From Candidatus Eiseniibacteriota bacterium (GTDB taxonomy: Bacteria; Eisenbacteria; RBG-16-71-46; JABDJR01), in NCBI GenBank assembly GCA_963783375.1, contig CAWANH010000028.1, positions 1,568,001 through 1,632,000 of the forward strand: a DNA stretch of 64,000 nucleotides. The letters run 5' to 3'. This document shows, in pieces, positions 57,301 through 64,000 of this stretch. Within the stretch, counting starts at the first letter, position 1, and each line of letters starts with the position of its first letter. The translations under genes and the position numbers were made by a program. The notes beneath the pieces were generated by a model. It did no database searches and had not been told where the DNA came from. It saw only the letters and a list, made by a program, of their open reading frames with translations.

Positions 57301-59266
57301 ATGGGCATTCTCGCCGACCTCCGGTACTTCGGTCCATCGCTGGGTCTCGGCCGCGGGGCCTCGCTGCTCCAGGCGAAAGCGAAGAAGGCGGTCGGGAAGT
57401 CCCGGGTCCACCGGGCGCTGCGCCGCGGCGAATCCGACCGGGCGCTTCTCGACCGGCTCGGCCTTCCCGCCGAGGCCGCCGCCCGCCGCGAACGGCTCCA
57501 GCAGCTTCTGGAGCCGCTGGCCCGTCTCGGCCTCCCCGACGTCCCGCCCGACCCGGCCGGCGTGGAAGCCCGGGCGGAGGCGGTCCTGGCCGGGCGGCAG
57601 GTCCTCTTCGGGCGCGAGGTGGAGACCGGCTGGCCCCCGCGATGGAGCTGGCGGTGGGAGGGGACGGAGAACGCCGCGCTCCTGGCCGCCGACGTCCGGA
57701 GTACCTGGGAGATCCAGCGTCTTCAGGGGATCCTCCCGCTGGCCCGCGGGGCGCGGCTCGCCGCCGATCCCGGGTGCGGCGCGCGCTACGCCGAGGCCTA
57801 CGTCCTGGCCCTGTTCGATTTCCACCGGGCCCACCCCGGCCCCGACGGCCTCGCCTGGGAGAGCGCCCTGGAGCTGGGACTCCGCCTGGTCGCCCTGGTC
57901 CAGGGGCTGGCGCTCATCGCCCCCAGCGCGGCCTTTGCCGCCTCCGACGTGGCGCTGGTGAAGCTGGTGGACCGCCACGCCCGCGCCCTCGCCGCCGACC
58001 TCTCGCTCGACAAGGTGGTGCGGGGGAACCATCTCCTGGGGGAGCTGGCCGGGCTCCTCGCCGCGGGCCGGCTCTTCCCCGAGGCCGCCCCGGCCTGGTG
58101 GGGGAGCGTTCCGGTGGCCGAGATCCTGGAGGCGGAGATCCTCCGCCAGTTCCATCCCGACGGGGTGAGCGTGGAGCAGTCGCTCACCTACGAGAAGTTC
58201 GTGCTCGAGTTCCTGGCCGTGGCCGGAGAGGCGTCGGAGCTTCGCGGCGCGCCGTTCTCCGCTCCGGTCCGGGAGCGGCTCGCGGCCGCCACCGCCCACC
58301 TCGAGGCGGTAACCGCCCCCGACGGCGCGCTCCCCCGGGTGGGGGATTGCGATTCCGGCCGGGGAGCGGACTGGGGAGCCCCCGACCCTCATCGCCCGGG
58401 TGGGCTCCCCGCGCGGCTTCGGCGGGTGTTCGGCCCCGGCACTACCGGCGGCGCCGACCCGCCCCGGCCTTCCGGCTCGCCCGCCGAGGCCTCGGCCGGC
58501 GGACACCGGGGCCCGGCGGCCTCCGGCGCCGGGGGGAAGCGGAGGCGATCCACTTCCCCCGGGGGGGGCATGCGACGATCAGGACCGCCGCCGGGGATTT
58601 CCTGTTCGTCCGGGGCGGGCCCTTCGGCTGGGGAATCCCGGGACCGGCCAGCCACAGCCACGCCGATCTCCTCGCCCCGGTGCTGTACCTGGGGGGGAGC
58701 CGGTGTGGATCGATCCGGGGACCGCGGGCTACCGGGCGCCGGCGCCGCTTCGGGATGGGCTCCGGGGGTGGGAGGCTCATACCGCGCCGGTCTTCGAGCC
58801 GCCGCGTGGGCCCTTTCCCGAGGGGACGTTCCGGTGGCGGGGGATCGCGGTGGAGGCCGCTCTCACCACCGCCCGGGACGCCGACGGCCCCGAAATCGAG
58901 GGAGAGGTCCGGTGGGGGGATCGCGCTAACCCTTTGCGCTGGCACAGGTCCATACGCTACAATGAATTACATAGAACCTGGCTACTCCTCGACCGCTTTT
59001 CCCAGTCGCATCCCGGGCCCGTCACATGGGCCTTTCGCTTTGCTCCCGGCATCCAACTTGAACGGCTCGACTCCGAAGGGAGCCATGCGGTTATGCTTCC
59101 TTCGGGGAAGCGGTGGCATCTGGATCTCACGCCGGGAGGGGGATCGCGGATCGAGGAAGCGACGGTGGCCCCGGCCTACGGAACGGTCGTGACGGGGCCG
59201 GTGCTCCGCCTTAGGCTTGGGGCGCCGCCGACGGAGTTCAAGGTGTTCCTTACGCCCGAGTCGTGA
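57301..59266 (+). CDS. Heparinase II/III family protein, two frameshifts at G runs
   Basis: [12 protein letters not shown]...EQS..Y, GDCDSG; HSHAD in a second frame; IDPGT..Y...AH in a third; G6 at 58531-58536 and G7 at 58691-58697. Confidence 0.85.
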
Positions 59267-59309
59267 CAGGGTCCCGGGGAGAGGCTCTCTCCCCGCTTCA
59301 GGAGACAAC

Positions 59310-60242
59310 GTGAACATCCTCATCACCGGAGGGGCCGGGTTCATCGGGTCCCATCTCTGCGATTTCCTCCTCGCCAAGGGTCATCGTGTGGTGGCCATGG
59401 ACAACCTTCTGACCGGAAGCGTGGACAACATCGCCCACATCCGGGAACCCGGCTTCAGCTTCATCCAGTACGACGTCACCAACTTCATCTACGTGGACGG
59501 CCCTCTCGACTACGTGCTCCACTTCGCGAGCCCGGCCAGCCCGATCGACTATCTCCAGCTCCCCATCCAGACCCTCAAGGTCGGGGCGCTGGGCACCCAC
59601 AAGGCGTTGGGATTGGCCAAGGCCAAGGGGGCGAAGTTCCTGATCGCCTCGACCAGCGAAACCTACGGAGATCCCCTGGTCCATCCCCAGCCGGAGACCT
59701 ACTGGGGGAACGTCAACCCGATCGGACTGCGCGGGGTCTACGACGAGGCCAAGCGCTTCGCCGAAGCCATCACCATGGCCTACCACCGCTATCACAACCT
59801 GGACACCAAGATCGTCCGCATCTTCAATACCTTCGGTCCGCGGATGCGCAAGAACGACGGTCGCGCGGTCCCGACCTTCATCAACCAGGCCATGCGGGGC
59901 GAGGACATCACGGTGTTCGGCGATGGATCCCAGACCCGCTCCTTCGGCTACATCTCGGACCTGGCGGAGGGCATCTACAAGCTCATGCTGTCCACCGAGA
60001 ACGAGCCGGTGAACATCGGCAATCCCGAAGAGATGACGGTGCGCGAGATGGCCGAGATGATCATCGAGCTCACCGGATCGAAGAGCCGCATCGTGAGCGG
60101 CCCGCTTCCCGAGGACGACCCCAAGGTGCGCCAGCCCGACATAGCCAAGGCAAAGCGCACCCTGGGATGGGAGCCCAAGGTGCCGGTGCGGGAAGGCCTC
60201 ATAAAGACCGTGGAGTGGTTCCGGGGCAATCACCGGAGTTGA
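59310..60242 (+). CDS. UDP-glucuronate decarboxylase (UDP-xylose synthase) family
   Basis: [47 protein letters not shown]. Confidence 0.93.
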   Translation: MNILITGGAGFIGSHLCDFLLAKGHRVVAMDNLLTGSVDNIAHIREPGFSFIQYDVTNFIYVDGPLDYVLHFASPASPIDYLQLPIQTLKVGALGTHKALGLAKAKGAKFLIASTSETYGDPLVHPQPETYWGNVNPIGLRGVYDEAKRFAEAITMAYHRYHNLDTKIVRIFNTFGPRMRKNDGRAVPTFINQAMRGEDITVFGDGSQTRSFGYISDLAEGIYKLMLSTENEPVNIGNPEEMTVREMAEMIIELTGSKSRIVSGPLPEDDPKVRQPDIAKAKRTLGWEPKVPVREGLIKTVEWFRGNHRS

Positions 60243-60257
60243 CTCGGGCGAGGTGAC

Positions 60258-60971
60258 GTGAAATCGCTGGTCATCGTTCCCACCTATAACGAGGCGGACA
60301 ACATCCGGCAGCTCGTTCCCCGCGTGCTGGAGCAGGACTCCGGGGTCGAGATGCTGGTGGTGGACGACAACTCCACCGACGGCACCGGGACCATCGTGGA
60401 CGAGATGCGGGAGACCGAGCCGCGGCTCCACATTCTCCACCGTCCCCGGAAGATGGGCCTGGGGACCGCCTACGTGGACGGGTTCCGTTACGCCCTGGAG
60501 CGCGACTACGATGCCGTGTTCGAGATGGACGCGGACTTCAGCCACGACCCCGACGCCATCCCCGCCTTCCTGGAGGCGATCCAGGAGGCGGATCTGGTGA
60601 TCGGATCACGGTATCTGAACGGGGTCACGGTGGTGAACTGGCCGCTGTCCCGGCTCATTCTTTCCTACGGCGCCAACGTCTACACCCGCATCGTCACCTG
60701 GATGCCGGTCAAGGATGCCACCGGCGGGTTCAAGTGCTTCCGCCGCTCCACCCTGGAGCAGCTGGACCTGAACGGGGTGAAGACCGACGGTTACGGATTC
60801 CAGATCGAGCTGAACTTCAAGGTGTGGAAGAAGGGGATGCGCATCCGGGAGATCCCGATCCTCTTCGTGGATCGCCGGGTGGGAGTCAGCAAGATGAACA
60901 AGAAGATCGTCTGGGAAGCGATGTGGCTGGTGTGGAAGCTCCGATTCTTCGAACTGACGGGAACCCTCTGA
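60258..60971 (+). CDS. Polyprenol-monophosphomannose synthase (Dpm1/Ppm1-like GT2)
   Basis: PTYNE, VDDNSTDGT, GLGTAY, MDADFSH, DATGGF, FVDRRVG.SKM. Confidence 0.93.
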   Translation: MKSLVIVPTYNEADNIRQLVPRVLEQDSGVEMLVVDDNSTDGTGTIVDEMRETEPRLHILHRPRKMGLGTAYVDGFRYALERDYDAVFEMDADFSHDPDAIPAFLEAIQEADLVIGSRYLNGVTVVNWPLSRLILSYGANVYTRIVTWMPVKDATGGFKCFRRSTLEQLDLNGVKTDGYGFQIELNFKVWKKGMRIREIPILFVDRRVGVSKMNKKIVWEAMWLVWKLRFFELTGTL

Positions 60972-60973
60972 TC

Positions 60974-63121
60974 GTGCCCGAGATCTCGATCGTAATCGTG
61001 TCCTACCGGACCCCCGAGCATCTGCGGCGGTGCCTGGAGGTTCTGGCCGGGGACCCCGTCCGCCGGAGCCGGGAGGTCCTGGTGGTGGACAACGACTCCG
61101 GGGACGAGAGCGTGGAGGTCGCCCGCTCTTTCGAGGGCGTACGGGTGATCGAGACCGGGGAGAACCTGGGGTTCGCGGGGGGGGTCAACCGGGGCCTGGC
61201 CGAATCCCTGGGACGGTTCATCACGGTGATGAACCCGGACGTGGAGGTCCGGCCGGGAGCGCTGGACGCCCTGGCCGATTTCCTGGAGACCCATCCCGAG
61301 GCCGGGCTCGCCGCTCCGAAGCTGCTGAACCCGGACGGCACCCTCCAGCATTCCTGCCGCCGCTTCTACACCCTCACCACCCTGCTCCTTCGGCGGACCT
61401 TCCTCGGCCGGCTCTTTCCCGGCGCCGCCCCCCTCCGCCGTCACCTGATGCTCGACTACGATCACGACACGCCCCGGGCGGTGGACTGGGTGGCCGGGGC
61501 CATGATGACGGTGCGGCGGGAGGCGCTGGACGACGTGGGTCCGATGGACGATCGCTACTTTCTCTACTTCGAGGACGTGGACTGGTGCACCCGCATGCAG
61601 GCCCGGGGGTGGTCGGTGCATTACGTCCCCGACGCCACGGTGATCCACCACTGGCAGCGGGCGAGCCGGAACTTCGGCCCCGCCGCGCGGAGGCACCTGC
61701 GAAGCGGACTCCGGTTCTTCGACCGGTGGAGCGGATTCCTCCTCGTCCTCCGCCAGTACGGCGGTCTCTGGCGGACCGCGTCCCTCCTGGCGCTGGACCT
61801 GATCGCGGTGGCCGCGGCCTTCCTCGCCGCCTACCTCTTCCGCCAGCAGATGGCCTTCATCCTCCACAAGCCGGTCTGGGGGCTCTCCTTCTACGGGGGG
61901 TTCTTCGCGGCCAGCGTGGTGGTGTACGTCGCGGCGTTTTCCCTCCAGGGGCTCTATCGCGAGATTCGGGAAGGGGACTGGGTGGACGTGGCCTTCCGGG
62001 TGGGGAAGGGCGCCATCCTGGGCGCCCTCATCCTGATGGCCAGCACCTTCGTCCTCGACATGCGTTCCTACTCCCGGCTCATCGTGATCGGGATGTGGCC
62101 CCTGGCCGCCCTCCTCGCCTTCGCCGGCCGCCGGGGCCTGTACACCCTCTTCGCCCGGGCCCGCCGTGACCGCTGGAATCTTCGCCGGGTGGCGCTGTTG
62201 GGGGACGACCCGGCGTTCGACGGTCTGGAGCGCGTGCTGCGCGAGAACCCCGAGCTGGGGTGGGAACCGGTCCGGCTCCGCCGGACCCCCTGGCGCGGTC
62301 GCCCCGTTGCCGAGGCCGGGGCTCTGATGGTGAAGCGGCTCGCCGGAGAGCGGGTCTCGGAGGCGGTGGTCTCTCCCGAATCCCTGGGGGTGGCGGAAGA
62401 GGATCTCCTGGCCACCGTCCTTCCGCTTCGTCGCGCCGGTTTCGGGGTGCGGGTGGTGTCCTCGTTCCTGGCCGGACTACCCCCGCGGGCCCGCCTGGAG
62501 CGGGTGGGCGGGATTTCCTGGCTCACCCTGGAGCGTCCGGCGCTCCGGCCGGCCCGGGCCCAGAAACGGGCTTTCGATCTGGTCGGGGCGGCGGTTTTCA
62601 CCGTCATCGGTCTCGTCCCCTTCCTGGCCGGGGCGGTGGCCCGCGCCCTGAGCGGGCGCCCGGTCAGGGGACCGGGGGAACAATGGCAGGGGCGTTGGGG
62701 TGAGACGCATCGGGTGCGCCCGGTGTCGGGGTCCGGCTGGCTCCGGCTCTACCCGCTGATGGCCGAGGTCTTGCGCGGGCGCTTCAGCCTGGTCGGCCCG
62801 CGGCCCCTCCATCCCGGGGAAACCGTCCCCGGTGGGGAGACCTGGCTTCGGGTTCGCGAACACCATCGTCCGGGTCTGGTGGGGCCGTGGAGCCTGGCTC
62901 CGGCCCCGTCCCCCCAGGAGGAGATGCAGCAGGAACTGCGCTATCTGGAAGACTGGTCCCCCGAGCTGGACCTCAAACTTCTGGCCCGCGTGGCGCTTCG
63001 GCGCCCCCGGCAAGGCGGCGGCAAGGGGTCCGCCACCCCGGTGACGCGGGCCCATCCCGAGAGCGATGCCACGCCGGCCACGACGCCGCAGCGTGCGCAG
63101 TCGATGGGGATCCCCACGTGA
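60974..63121 (+). CDS. Fusion of a GT2 (WbbL-like) domain with a WbaP/WcaJ-like membrane and phosphoglycosyltransferase domain (degenerate)
   Basis: VDNDS, NLGF, MNPD, YFEDVD; 4 TMs; KRAFD, SLVGPRP, RPGL.G.W, Y...WS..LD. Confidence 0.88.
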   Translation: MPEISIVIVSYRTPEHLRRCLEVLAGDPVRRSREVLVVDNDSGDESVEVARSFEGVRVIETGENLGFAGGVNRGLAESLGRFITVMNPDVEVRPGALDALADFLETHPEAGLAAPKLLNPDGTLQHSCRRFYTLTTLLLRRTFLGRLFPGAAPLRRHLMLDYDHDTPRAVDWVAGAMMTVRREALDDVGPMDDRYFLYFEDVDWCTRMQARGWSVHYVPDATVIHHWQRASRNFGPAARRHLRSGLRFFDRWSGFLLVLRQYGGLWRTASLLALDLIAVAAAFLAAYLFRQQMAFILHKPVWGLSFYGGFFAASVVVYVAAFSLQGLYREIREGDWVDVAFRVGKGAILGALILMASTFVLDMRSYSRLIVIGMWPLAALLAFAGRRGLYTLFARARRDRWNLRRVALLGDDPAFDGLERVLRENPELGWEPVRLRRTPWRGRPVAEAGALMVKRLAGERVSEAVVSPESLGVAEEDLLATVLPLRRAGFGVRVVSSFLAGLPPRARLERVGGISWLTLERPALRPARAQKRAFDLVGAAVFTVIGLVPFLAGAVARALSGRPVRGPGEQWQGRWGETHRVRPVSGSGWLRLYPLMAEVLRGRFSLVGPRPLHPGETVPGGETWLRVREHHRPGLVGPWSLAPAPSPQEEMQQELRYLEDWSPELDLKLLARVALRRPRQGGGKGSATPVTRAHPESDATPATTPQRAQSMGIPT

Positions 63122-64000
63122 TGCCAAGAAACCGTTCCGACGCGCGCGGTGCCGGACGAAGGGGTCTGGGGCCCCTTCTCCTTCTATTCGCGGTCTGGGG
63201 GGCGCTGGGGCTCGCCGCCGCCCGTCCCGCCCCGGCCCAGAACATCGCCGGGGCCATGACCCCCTACCTGAATGCCTCCGACCTTCACGAGATGGACCAG
63301 GACGACACCGGGGCGCTCTGGATCGCGTCCAACGGCGGCGCGCTCCGCTTCGAGGTCGGGAACCGCACCTGGACCCGGTTCCCCAAACTCTCCGGCACCG
63401 GCCCCCGTGGGAACGATCTCACCACCCTTTGCGTCGACCCCTCGGGGAGGGTGTGGACGGGGAGCGCCACCCGCGGGGTCACGGTCTACGATCCGCTTCT
63501 CGGCGGCTGGGACCGGAGTTCCCCGGAGGACTGGACCGATCCGAGGATCCGGGTGGTGCGTTGCGTGGGCCAGGCGATCTACGTGGGCACCCAGAACGGG
63601 CTCACCATCAAGCCGACTCCCTCCCGGTCGGATCTCTGCGCTCCGGATCTGCCTTCCTGCGTGATCCCGTCCTACGTGGTCAACGACTTCGCCCGGATGG
63701 GGGACACGGTGTGGGTCGCCACCCAGGGAGGGTTGGGCCGCTACAACGGCGAGGCCTGGGACGAGCCGTCCTCCCTCCCCGCGGGATCGATCGGGCAGGA
63801 CTCCCGCTCCCTGGCCGTGTTCCAGGGAAACCTGTGGGAAGCCACCGGCGGAGCGGTTCGCCGGCTGGAGGGGGGCCAATGGCAGAGCACCGCGCTCAGC
63901 GGGGCGCGGGCGCTCAGGGTGGTGGCGGACTCGCTCTATGCGATCCGGGGGAGCGCGGTGTACCGGTGGGACGCCGGGGCCTCGGACTGGAACGACCTGG
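63121..64000 (+). CDS. Secreted beta-propeller protein (two-component regulator propeller / PorZ-like), runs off the right edge
   Basis: ATG overlaps the upstream TGA; signal peptide ...AAARPAPA; repeats LWIASNGGA, VWTGS, IYVGTQNGL, VWVATQGGL; absent from the ORF track because it has no stop in the window. Confidence 0.8.
   Translation, partial: MPRNRSDARGAGRRGLGPLLLLFAVWGALGLAAARPAPAQNIAGAMTPYLNASDLHEMDQDDTGALWIASNGGALRFEVGNRTWTRFPKLSGTGPRGNDLTTLCVDPSGRVWTGSATRGVTVYDPLLGGWDRSSPEDWTDPRIRVVRCVGQAIYVGTQNGLTIKPTPSRSDLCAPDLPSCVIPSYVVNDFARMGDTVWVATQGGLGRYNGEAWDEPSSLPAGSIGQDSRSLAVFQGNLWEATGGAVRRLEGGQWQSTALSGARALRVVADSLYAIRGSAVYRWDAGASDWNDL

Noticed and set aside
58531-58697. Phase variation at G tracts in the heparinase-like gene
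   Set aside because: The tracts are only 6-7 nt and both appear one base short, as expected for homopolymer under-calling; read data would be needed to claim otherwise

Overview
Very GC-rich bacterial chromosomal window with no rRNA, tRNA, CRISPR array, transposase or integrase visible. The gene content (DUF2723, YfhO, PorZ-like propeller, TonB-plug/VWA fusion) suggests an FCB-group lineage such as Eisenbacteria/Latescibacteria; this is inference only. Layout: (1) 0.2-8.4 kb: two methyltransferases, a secreted orphan, a beta-lactamase-fold protein with all three catalytic motifs altered, a heavily frameshifted beta-barrel gene, and an orphan HAMP histidine kinase with a C-terminal Cys-rich two-CW domain preceded by a deletion-eroded cupredoxin-like relic. 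(2) 8.4-13.9 kb: sigma70 promoter, FMN riboswitch and terminator, ribD-ribE-ribBA-ribH-nusB, and a metallophosphoesterase. (3) 13.9-14.6 kb: a non-coding mosaic of direct repeats and palindromes. (4) 14.6-19.6 kb: ECF sigma, membrane-anchored VWA/YfbK protein and lipoprotein serpin, with two ECF-type promoter motifs. (5) 19.9-35.7 kb: small accessory genes, including a MoaD/ThiS ubiquitin-like protein paired with a BNR beta-propeller. (6) 35.9-64 kb: a ~28 kb co-oriented surface-glycan locus with two GT-C-fold membrane transferases (DUF2723, YfhO), three polyprenol-phosphate-type GT2s, HddA/HddC-like enzymes, AsnB, a bi-domain oxidoreductase, a heparinase II/III protein, a GT2 fused to an apparently inactive phosphoglycosyltransferase, and a PorZ-like propeller gene running off the end. 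About ten genes carry frameshifts, several at homopolymers, probably long-read errors. All family calls are from motif recognition by eye; no database search was run.
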